Shown piece after piece: positions 46,001-53,260 of a stretch of DNA of 64,000 nucleotides. The stretch is from Iphione sp. A-MEVVRFRX5 (Eukaryota): the NCBI GenBank assembly GCA_976226885.1, contig OZ320319.1:34410001-34474000 (forward strand), in the 5' to 3' direction. Numbering within the stretch: the stretch's first letter is position 1; every line of letters starts with the position of its first letter. The position numbers were made by a program, and so were the translations under genes. The notes beneath the pieces are model-generated. The model did no database searches and was not told the DNA's origin. It saw only the letters and a list, made by a program, of their open reading frames with translations.

Positions 46001-47895
46001 GCCTGGGGCCGGGATGGACCCGACCACCAGAAGACTCGGAGGTGGTAGATTTAGTTACCCCCCCGGGCTCACCAAAGGCCCCCCCGCCGAAGAAAACTAA
46101 GGCTGCCGGGGTAGGGACAACTCCGGGCAAGGACCATACCTCCACCGCCCAACAGAAACAGGACACAGCCCAGCTGGCGACGTGCGCCGAGGCCGACCCC
46201 ATCCCGTCTACCATGGGAGAGGAGGTGTCTTCGGCAGGGGAGGAGCTGAGCGATCACGACGCGACGGAATTGAAGGAGGTGCTGCGAGCCGTCCAAACGA
46301 TAGAGCCGCATGGGACCCCCGACCCGGCGGCGCCAAGAGCCCGGCCCGTCGCCCAGCCCACGACACCTGCGCGGGTGGAAGGGACCACTCCGGTCGCAAT
46401 GGCCGAACCAGAACCCCCGGGCGGAGAGGAGGCCGGAGATTCAGAAACGGAGTTGAAGGAGGTATTGCGGGTCACACAGACCCGGGCTGACACCGATGAG
46501 ACTCGCCCCACCCCGCGTACCCCGCCTGGTGTGCCCGTCCCGGAGAGACCCCTTCACCCTAGCCAGACACCTGGAACGCTCCCGGGGCTCGTGCGTCCAT
46601 GGGAATCAGCCCTCCCACCAACGGATCCGGGGCTCTCGGGGCCGAGTGCCCCCCCAGACAGCCTGACCGGCGCGCCGGTCGAAACGTCCAGGCCGGAGGG
46701 GGTAGGACCCGTGTCCGGAGAACAGGAGAACATGGCTCACCCGCCAGAGAGCACCGAACCGATGGAGACAGAGGGATCACCCCCGCAGGGGGCAGAGGGG
46801 CCTGTTTCGGCCCGGCCCCAGGAGGAGGCGCCACCTGAGGAGCCTACAGGACCATCTGTGGCGGGCCTGAGTCACCCTACGGAGGCGACGACAGAGCCGG
46901 GGGAGGACCTCGAGCCAATGGACACCGACCTGCCGCCCACGTCCACAGAGGAGACCACACAGCCCGCCTCAGTCATCGTAGCCGGTGGAAGAGAGGGCGA
47001 CGAACCCCCGGACGTGGCAGAAGAGTCGACCCCCTCGTCCCCCCAGACCGACCAGGTGGTCAGACCGACGGCACCGGTCGGGCAGACATCCCCGCCGGAC
47101 GACGGGTCGACCACAGCAGAAGACCCTGGTGCGTTACCCCGACTGGATGTAGGGATCGGACATTCGGACCACTTTATCCAGACCGACCCCCCCACACTTC
47201 CCCGTGAGGATCGTCCAGTGGCACCCGACAATGGTACGGCGACGGACCACGTATCAGCACTGCCAGGAGACTCGCCCCGGGACGAGCACAACCCTGGAGT
47301 ACCACCGGGAGGGAGTTCAGACCGGCCAGCGCCCTTGGGACCTCGCCTCCCACCACATTCTACGCCGGCTCGGCCCAGTGGGATTGGCGTCCGGCCGCCA
47401 CTAGGGTCTCCCCTCGCACGAGTGTCGCCGGCACCGGCTCCGGGAGGAATTCGGCCCGTACGTAGCCTGCTCAACTCGCCGATGCTCCAGGACATTTCTG
47501 GCCCGACTGCTCCGGAAGAGGAGGTACCTGACGCGGTGTACGCGTGGGCCGCGTCCCGGGTTATCTCCCCGGAATCGGCAGTGCCGGCCGGCTGGATGGT
47601 GTTGAGTAATGCGTCATCATTGGACTTGCAAGTTCTTACGCAGGGGCAGGTCAGAGTAGTGATCAAGCAAGTGGTGAGATTCCGCCGTTTGGGGGCCCCG
47701 ATCGCCGGCAGCTCCCTCTCGCGCTGGTATGGTAATCACGGGACAGTACTGACCAGGGGGCGGCCGGTGCGACGTCTAGCCTCCTGGCAGGAGGAGCCCG
47801 TAGAACTGGGAGGAGCAGATGTCACCATTAAAGAAATATGGACGGTATTTCTGAACGCCGAACAGCCAGACCTCGATTCACTGTCGTCGCAGTAG
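40078..47895 (+). CDS. pol: Pol polyprotein frame (2605 aa from the first Met; probably entered by frameshift): protease, RT, RNase H, integrase, plus an in-frame ~1,440-aa C-terminal extension
   Basis: Protease WLIDTG (DTG 40201-40209); RT FCIDYRKLN and YLDD (41431-41442); RNase H DTDASD (41872) and NYCVTRRELLAVV; integrase HHCC (42553-42675), D 42760, D 42940, E 43048; GPY/F WEGPW (about 43465); no stop until 47893. Confidence 0.96.
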   Translation: MALASAVEEEPSVVLAGRRRKGCSGVLLEGSLAGVSVDWLIDTGASASLLSSRIFETLEGVPLGPVDARVFGVDGGALRVRGSIEAEVQFGPVSLPVRAKVVDMEIPALLGLDWLDRWGAAVDARLAQVTLRPGLIDRAASLRALRDQEIPAGQTGWVQAEACVGSLGSPEGVTTANLRFEERSGLRVAQAVVKPEGGRVWVPVWNPGPQLARVFGGTRLAEYQPVDVLAGAVSAAEEGVEQDEAVQLLLRQLPEHLSAEDRERIGGMLRENKEVFQTESGPLGCNPEVQHRIDTQGHPPIRQRARRLPPHKRAVVQEEIDKMVGKGVLEASTSPWASPLVLVQKKDGGVRFCIDYRKLNQVTKKDAYPLPRIDDTLDALQGSKYFSAIDLASGYWQVRMAPEDAEKTAVCTPVGLYQFRVMPFGLCNAPSTFERLMEAVLRGLVGLECLVYLDDVIVLGRSVEEMCARLNTVFRRLREAGLRVKAKKCQLFRREVDYLGHRVSEEGVGVDPEKVRAIVEWPRPRCSAEVRSFLGLCSYYRSFVQGFATIASPLHSLADKAAEFRWTEACQEAFERLKLQLASTPILGYPAPRGRLLLDTDASDTGVGAVLSQEQGEQERVLAYASRTLTRQERNYCVTRRELLAVVFALRKFRCYVNGRQLEIRTDHDSLKWLCNFREPQGQLARWLEEVFCHDVQIKHRPGRQHANADALSRQECKQCGRRGEAEEERAAAVAVRGVVGGPELAAAQREEPTTAELLTALEEGQAIPGLRLGLTWEERQLRSEGDRLAQREGILIRRWEREDGQVVPQAYVPKTLRKALWQEAHAGALGGHLGAEKTGAMLRMRWFWPGMSRDIERWSRCCKACQQRKGPGWKRRAPLQRRPVAEPWEILAVDILGPLPITTRGHRYILVVADHFSKWTEAFPLAEATAVATAEVIIREIVCRFGPPRVLHSDQGRNFEAALFAEVLHLLGIEKSRTTPYHPQADGVVERFNRTLGNMLGTLAEERHQDWDLALPFVMAAYRATPHSATGESPNWVLLHREVTLPIELRYGHPGPTPVERGEYTSRLEEEVRSAHERVATRLSRVAAHQKDWYDRKVRPQSYHEGQKVWLFTPLRKKGVSPKLQSWWEGPWVVEKALSPVVYRVSRAKRKRVVHADRLKPAHLDPHITCRGRDEPLRNDPCRSGNPTEGSMSLARTATISTLPLPDSPPRHGRLREELRIPQRHKIVVDKEDYIPLRNYSKLEGAAVYTSAAAVAYHARGPVSFVKEVNWLKIPAFSARQGVWPLHSSPRTSAAPRTPSTITPHEVSCIIHFGMGDITGKQARPRWINGLGRAAAAVKYDRIVRVGGTAAEGATWNRFSHGYLSSAARWACRAGTTCSRLIPLRRGSTQASRRSPTHRSGISDGTTRSASTERVPTVAAAEGLPALPIPAPAAADLKSATSPGRAAAARSTEVRRRNRYPHRSWRSERSRCAMAEEGSSSSSSPASSPPSSPERPERPDQPRPFVCPLCGVGFSLQSNLNRHHGDVHLPEGFGWLCPVEACGQQAFHRRTDWKRHLLHVHSPNDFLFTVDVGYLRFWGLNPTRGERRLCPASLEGEFRRRQKVEARNRQRERRAGLGIGGSGKTKRKKNTEGCNTTATPNPPPAGGGDPGTPLQDERPTEPGPPPTDASRPSGSSSAGGEPQPSTSTGTATPAGSRAIGGEKKKKKKKASRPQVTSPGGKRARRRMGVVARDWQATAPHSTGQAAAPSCHCSASAPGVRAVTVAEGTAPRDATAGGGPRTPLATPPTTSGSERDGTSQGDSTPAAAYSGPALPSRYERGVARRTYGRTPPEVARPRTPPPPPRVTTPGDIDLPGTTHVRRLFEDEDGEPIPTADDAAQILVSLAGPAKLSPLPPTTGARPSMGRGNDRTPVGGTRQVGIRATFRTKDSNRGARSPSPLRRPGRSRGVTRRSTPPRPGACPTPQEEADRQLDLRLGPGWTRPPEDSEVVDLVTPPGSPKAPPPKKTKAAGVGTTPGKDHTSTAQQKQDTAQLATCAEADPIPSTMGEEVSSAGEELSDHDATELKEVLRAVQTIEPHGTPDPAAPRARPVAQPTTPARVEGTTPVAMAEPEPPGGEEAGDSETELKEVLRVTQTRADTDETRPTPRTPPGVPVPERPLHPSQTPGTLPGLVRPWESALPPTDPGLSGPSAPPDSLTGAPVETSRPEGVGPVSGEQENMAHPPESTEPMETEGSPPQGAEGPVSARPQEEAPPEEPTGPSVAGLSHPTEATTEPGEDLEPMDTDLPPTSTEETTQPASVIVAGGREGDEPPDVAEESTPSSPQTDQVVRPTAPVGQTSPPDDGSTTAEDPGALPRLDVGIGHSDHFIQTDPPTLPREDRPVAPDNGTATDHVSALPGDSPRDEHNPGVPPGGSSDRPAPLGPRLPPHSTPARPSGIGVRPPLGSPLARVSPAPAPGGIRPVRSLLNSPMLQDISGPTAPEEEVPDAVYAWAASRVISPESAVPAGWMVLSNASSLDLQVLTQGQVRVVIKQVVRFRRLGAPIAGSSLSRWYGNHGTVLTRGRPVRRLASWQEEPVELGGADVTIKEIWTVFLNAEQPDLDSLSSQ
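44500..47895 (+). CDS. ORF3-like cargo in the pol frame (1131 aa from GCCATGG): tandem C2H2 zinc fingers, poly-Lys NLS, Pro-rich linker, unknown C-terminal domain
   Basis: ZF1 CPLCGVGFSLQSNLNRHHGDVH (44599-44664), ZF2 CPVEACGQQAFHRRTDWKRHLLHVH (44689-44763), K7 at 45187-45207. A strong Kozak ATG lies at 44500; its use as an independent start is inferred. Confidence 0.7.
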   Translation: MAEEGSSSSSSPASSPPSSPERPERPDQPRPFVCPLCGVGFSLQSNLNRHHGDVHLPEGFGWLCPVEACGQQAFHRRTDWKRHLLHVHSPNDFLFTVDVGYLRFWGLNPTRGERRLCPASLEGEFRRRQKVEARNRQRERRAGLGIGGSGKTKRKKNTEGCNTTATPNPPPAGGGDPGTPLQDERPTEPGPPPTDASRPSGSSSAGGEPQPSTSTGTATPAGSRAIGGEKKKKKKKASRPQVTSPGGKRARRRMGVVARDWQATAPHSTGQAAAPSCHCSASAPGVRAVTVAEGTAPRDATAGGGPRTPLATPPTTSGSERDGTSQGDSTPAAAYSGPALPSRYERGVARRTYGRTPPEVARPRTPPPPPRVTTPGDIDLPGTTHVRRLFEDEDGEPIPTADDAAQILVSLAGPAKLSPLPPTTGARPSMGRGNDRTPVGGTRQVGIRATFRTKDSNRGARSPSPLRRPGRSRGVTRRSTPPRPGACPTPQEEADRQLDLRLGPGWTRPPEDSEVVDLVTPPGSPKAPPPKKTKAAGVGTTPGKDHTSTAQQKQDTAQLATCAEADPIPSTMGEEVSSAGEELSDHDATELKEVLRAVQTIEPHGTPDPAAPRARPVAQPTTPARVEGTTPVAMAEPEPPGGEEAGDSETELKEVLRVTQTRADTDETRPTPRTPPGVPVPERPLHPSQTPGTLPGLVRPWESALPPTDPGLSGPSAPPDSLTGAPVETSRPEGVGPVSGEQENMAHPPESTEPMETEGSPPQGAEGPVSARPQEEAPPEEPTGPSVAGLSHPTEATTEPGEDLEPMDTDLPPTSTEETTQPASVIVAGGREGDEPPDVAEESTPSSPQTDQVVRPTAPVGQTSPPDDGSTTAEDPGALPRLDVGIGHSDHFIQTDPPTLPREDRPVAPDNGTATDHVSALPGDSPRDEHNPGVPPGGSSDRPAPLGPRLPPHSTPARPSGIGVRPPLGSPLARVSPAPAPGGIRPVRSLLNSPMLQDISGPTAPEEEVPDAVYAWAASRVISPESAVPAGWMVLSNASSLDLQVLTQGQVRVVIKQVVRFRRLGAPIAGSSLSRWYGNHGTVLTRGRPVRRLASWQEEPVELGGADVTIKEIWTVFLNAEQPDLDSLSSQ

Positions 47896-48022
47896 GGAGC
47901 CTTTGGGCCGCGCCCTACGGTTGATGGTCACGGAAAATTGACACGGCTCGTCTTGGACTCTTTTTGTTGTGCATGTTACTTGGACGTTGTGTTGTTGACG
48001 CGCTTGGGGGCAAGCGCATCTT

Positions 48023-48035
48023 AAGAGGAGGGCAG
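48023..48035 (+). promoter_or_regulatory. Polypurine tract
   Basis: AAGAGGAGGGCAG immediately 5' of the 3' LTR. Confidence 0.85.
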
Positions 48036-48294
48036 TGTAGTGCTGCTGCGGCATGGCGCTCAGCTGCTGCATCCGGTGCAGCAGCTGCAGCGGCAGGGGG
48101 GTGCAGCTGCTGCATGCGGCATGATTTAGGCGGGAAATCAGAGAGAGGCTTGGGGTATATAAGGGGGATTTTGCCTTGCCAGTTGTTGTTCTTCGCTGGA
48201 TACCTTACCTTTCACATCTTACTCTTGTTGAGCAATAAAGCTGACCTTCTTTAACCTGCCGTTATGTCTTATTTGCGGAGTGGCAAACGCTACA
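48036..48294 (+). repeat. 3' LTR (259 bp)
   Basis: Matches 38282-38540 and is followed by the ATAG TSD. Confidence 0.97.
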
Positions 48295-51200
48295 ATAGAT
48301 TAAAGCTCGACCCTTGTTCCTGAACGAAGTTCAGTGAAAGCATTTGGCACCAGAAACCTTTTAGAGGATGTTTGATGACACTGTGTGTATTTCACTTGAT
48401 GAAGCTAATTTAAGATACTATAGAGTTCTCACCAGCTAAACTTTAGTAAGTGCGTTCCATTTTACACTCAATATGCATCAAAGATTGCCAATCCAGGGAT
48501 TTAGCTTTTGGTTTTTGAAACTGCAAAGGTTTTAATCTAAATTCACCTGGGAAATGTCAGCGTGCAGTGGTAATAATCTTAACTTAAGGTAAGGGGGAAA
48601 GTAAATATCAGAATCTACGAGGAATCTGTCAGATGTTGTATCTGTCCTTAGCTGGAAACTGTTTGCACTCAATGAAGAAAGCCACATTATTGCAGCAACA
48701 GTAGCGAGTATTTTGTCAGTTGCGCTCAACCTGCGCGGAACTACATCTCAGCGATGCGGTCTCAACATGATGAATCCATACAAAAAGGAGTTCTTGGTTG
48801 CCATGGCGACGCAATTTGAGAAAAAGGGTTGGAAACATTGTATTTTGTCACAATAAATGTTAAAACACTGTATTATATTAGCAGCGTTATCCAGTGTGAG
48901 AGCTTTTGGAGACTGTTGACGATTCCAATGTAATTTCTCATTTCGTTGCGCACACGCAGCGGAGGTTTACTGATTTTCTTCCTTCCGGTAAGACGCCACC
49001 TCACGGCACCAGTGGACATAGAAGTGCCTTGTCACGGTTTTGAAGATTGCCAACAGCCATATTAGCAATGGCGAAGAGAATCCAAGCTGAAAAATATGAA
49101 TTAACTGCAATAGCGGAATTCGGAGTTATCACATAGACGCTGTTTTCTATCTTGTGAAATGTTCCTTTGCCACATTTACAAATGCTTCGAGTATCGTCAG
49201 CATCGCGAGCCAAGATTGTGTTACTCCAGCTAAGTCAAGCATATCTTTCCTGTAGTATGAGATGTTTCAAATGTCGATTTTTATTTATTCCAGTCATTAA
49301 ATCCAACCTTCATTCAGTAGCACCATTCTTCCCATATCTGAATGCCCAAGGGACATTTCAAATATCCTCTTCAACTCAGTTCTCCAACACTAAATAAGAA
49401 TTTTTCTATTCAAGTGTGCTATCAAAATGTCCAGATGCTTGACACATGACCACTAGGTTTAAGGTGTGTACCTACCTCTGTGAACTGGACTTTCTTACAT
49501 CTTCAGATTGTGCCCTAACAGAAAACTCTTGCTTACTACTGCGCTATGGTTCAAGTTATCATACAAAACGGCTCGTATATTTTTCACGGGGATATTAGAA
49601 TTGTAAATAATTAGTCTTCATTACCCTGACCTCCTCGCTTGCTGTGTGATCAGTGCAGTCGATGCTATCTGCATCGGCTTTCGAAGTAAATGTTAGAGTT
49701 TAATGGGAATGGCCGGGTCTTCTTTTATTTCATCTTTGTGTTTGGTATAAAGTACCAAGTCTAGCAAGCGAGGATGGGAGTTATTGTGTACATACAGCAG
49801 TCATTCCTTATTGTGAGAATGCAATGTTTTTCATATTCAACAAGTGTTATGACGTTTGTCTCGCGATATATTGTGTTTTGGTCAAATGATGTTGGTTGTG
49901 GCGTACTTCACCCATCGGAAGTGATCGGTTTCTCTATCGAAGTGATCATTGCTTAGAGAAATACCGCTGGTCCATTGTTCAGTTTTTCTTAATGAAATCG
50001 CAAAGCACACCTAATCTTTTTGAGGTAAGATAGTTAATTCGTAGTTCTACGCTGCTTGCGTATTGGAACATGAAAGATTTATCATTTTGCCTAATAAAAT
50101 ATTTACTGAAAACCCATCTATTGTCTCTGAATACCGGAGACCGATACATTAACCTGCCATTCCATTATCATAAAAAGAGTGCATCGTAGTAAAGGACAGT
50201 TATGCCTTAAGGAAGATTTTCACCTCTGCAAGGTACGCCTATTGTGTTACTGTAAGTCAATAGTATATAGAGGAATTTCATTTAGTGAGGACTGTTGACA
50301 ATGCACGTGAAAACATTTCTATGCGGCAACCATCATGCTTTGTATTATTACATAATTTTCTAATCATTTGTCTATTATCCTTCATCGAGCCAAACTATCA
50401 GACGTGCAACGCGTGGTCCTATCATGTATGTTCACCCATTATACAGAATGCCGATCGACAGACAGAACGTTGAGAATAAATATATGTAATATATTTCAAA
50501 TGGTCGTCCAGTGGTTTCCTTTATATGTGTTTGGATCACCACACTTATCTTCATCCATGCATTCATGTAAGATGATATCCAGAAATCGAAAAAATCTATA
50601 TATGCACATTTTGAGAATTTGACGAAACACGTGCATAGAGCATTTCTTGATCTGGCCCATCTTTTTGTCACTATGATCGTTTTAATCCTTATAATTATAA
50701 GGACAAACCCCCCAAAATGCAACGTGTCATATCGCCTCACTATACAAACAGATACACTGCACATGAACACGTGTATCCCCCATAGTATGACAATCGCCAG
50801 GGTGTTCTTCCTTGCATTGCTTCTAGATAGAAACTTCACGCCAACGGGCACTGATCCAAGGAGGACCTGGTTTTGTACGGAAGCCCAAATAGACACAAAC
50901 TTAATTTTCTCTTTTGATAGTGAAACTAAATCGTGTTTGTATGAATAGGAAATTTAATGCGTTTTTGAAGAAGAAATAATTAGAAAGGCCATACTCATCA
51001 ACTCAGGTTGCAGTTGACATAATTTTCACTACTTTACAATGAAAATTATTTCATCATGTTTATATAAACCGATCCAGTTTACATCATAGAGTGAGAAAAA
51101 CACACATGCTGCTACCATTTCATTATAAACTATGCATTTTCATTGACTGTCTACAGAGGATGTCTTCTGTTTCACACACTTGAGCGCCCCAGTTGAAGGG

Positions 51201-52899
51201 AAAGAAACACTGAATGGTTGACGGCTGACTTCCAAACTAGCAATGCCCGGAGGCTATAGTTTACAGGTTAAATTCGTGACACCTGATCAAGTAATAAAGT
51301 GCATCACAAATCTTACGGTGCATTACAAATGCCTTTTGAATAGTTCAGCATACCACCACCGATGCATCCAGGGATATCTCCTCGGCATGCACCCTAAACA
51401 GGCGAACAGTCTTTTTTGACTTGGTTATACGCTGACTTTGAGGGGCATGCATACCTTGAAAATTGTTAGGTCGTACAGCTAGATATGCGAGACCCTGGAA
51501 CGTAATGGGCTGGATAAATTCATATCCAAGACAGCGTAGAAGACAACAAAGGGGTAAAGACGACCTTACAGTGAGAGGATTACAACTGACAGAAGAGATT
51601 TTAAATCCCAGATGTTTGATATAAACTGTACTAATATGTATTGGCATTGAAAAGAAATAGTCTTTGAGATAAATATGCATATGCATCAAAGATTTTTTAC
51701 AAATCCTATTATTTGCTGAATCAAAAGGTACAGATTCTAGGCACATTGTAAGTGTATACATTCGTTCGCTTTAGTTTGGTCAACGACAAGTATTTTTTTC
51801 ATCAGTTTCTCAGTCCATAGGCCTCTTACGTCACTTCATAATCTAAACCGTCATACTGTTTTCACGCTTTCTTGAGGAATATCATATTCCGAGGAAATCT
51901 AATTAAACAAGGTCTGATTAGATTGTGATCCCTTGTGCTTATGCCCATCGCGAGTTGTTGTTTCGGATTCAAATTTTAAAAAGACACTGTGCAAAAGTTT
52001 GCTCTTTTTAGCGACTCGAGACGGGAGCACGCAATTGGAGAGTGCAATTAATACTGCCGGCTTGCGTTGGAAACCCATCTGAGATCTGGATCGATTTGAT
52101 TGAATTTGGAAACTTTTCCATCTACAAAACGTCTTGAAACAGAATATTGCCGAAAATCAGCTAGGCCGAAAGAAGCCGTGAATCCATCCTACTCCCCCTG
52201 CGACTGCTATTGCAGATGAGGCGGTGAAAGAATTGTGCATCTGCAACCATCTGCTCTATGAGCGGTCTGCGCAGGGTCTGCATTCAAATCAGAAATATCA
52301 ATGTTCCGGAAAATGATGAAATACCTGATCAATCGGTTGCAGTTTTCTCATACGCCTGGTCAGGAGACACATGTTTTACACGCGTTAATTTATAAATGCA
52401 GGCACAAGATACATTGTAACATAACGTGGAATTTTCCATTCTCCTCTTACCTTCACGGCCGTGTTTTTTTTTTGACATAGCACTGTTGCGACAAAATACA
52501 CATGGATAGCGGCAACACGAAGGAGACACAGAAGCTACAAAATCATTAAAAAGACGAGCGTTAGAAAACAGCAAGAGCGGAAATCCATTTAATATACATA
52601 TATGTGATATATCTATACTCTCGGTTTATAGTTTTATATAATGACACGTCACATGTTAACACAATCACACATGTGTCTTTTTTACTCCCCCATGGACTCC
52701 CTGCACGCGAGTTACATGTGTATGCATACTGCATCGTCGTATAAGTGCAGTAATTTCCACTAATCGTAGAAATTAGTAGCCGTGGGTTCCAAAAGCTGCA
52801 TGGTGTAGCATTGTGCAGTGCAGCGGGACAACAATATAATGGCCAGTTCTCTCCACAAGAAAACGTTGCTGCACTACGGGCTGCTGCACCACGTGGAAC

Positions 52900-53260
52900 C
52901 GCGCTAGGTTCCCTTGGAACAGGTGGCTTAAAACAAGATGCACCTCGGGACGGTGCAGGCTATGTTTCAGCAATCAAGATGGCGTCCTGATCGAACGTCC
53001 GATGTGAATACCCTCGTTATCGGGAGCGATACCGGACACTCAAGCCGCAGGACGACGCGCAGTAATGGCCAGGCTGTTGCCTGAGATGACACGTGACTTT
53101 GACGTCATAAACGTGCATGCGCCTCGCCGCTGAGATTAAGGAACACCGGGAAGTTGTGGACAGGTAGCAACTAGCGCCCGCAAGCCACGTCAACCGGCTG
53201 CGTGGTGGGTCCCGAATAACGGCACAAGGTGGCGCTATGCTTGGCGGTAAGAAATCTGTG
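52900..53260. promoter_or_regulatory. Promoter-like CpG-rich patch
   Basis: YY1-type CAAGATGGCG (52975-52984), CACGTG (53090-53095), full CRE TGACGTCA (53100-53107), NRF1-like GCATGCGC (53115-53122), donor-like GCG|GTAAGA near 53246. Confidence 0.4.

Larger units (their letters stand above)
38282..48294 (+). mobile_element. Full-length Ty3/Gypsy LTR retrotransposon (10,013 bp) carrying a C2H2 zinc-finger cargo
   Basis: Two 259-bp TG...CA LTRs, 4-bp TSD ATAG (38278-38281 and 48295-48298), PBS, PPT, gag with CCHC knuckle, and pol in PR-RT-RH-INT order. Confidence 0.98.

Noticed and set aside
46872-47666. 264-aa antisense ORF opposite the cargo, plus many short overlapping ORFs in 40-48 kb
   Set aside because: Low-complexity shadow ORFs expected at about 65% GC.
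43570-47895. Cargo interpreted as an env gene or chromodomain
   Set aside because: No signal peptide, TM anchor, furin-site/fusion-peptide pattern or chromodomain aromatic cage could be recognised.
48480-51760. Possible minus-strand exons (e.g. VLLGSVPVGVKFLSRSNARKNTLAIVILWGIH near 50770-50868; AWILFAIANMAVG near 49050)
   Set aside because: No recognisable homology, and I could not build a phase-consistent gene model.
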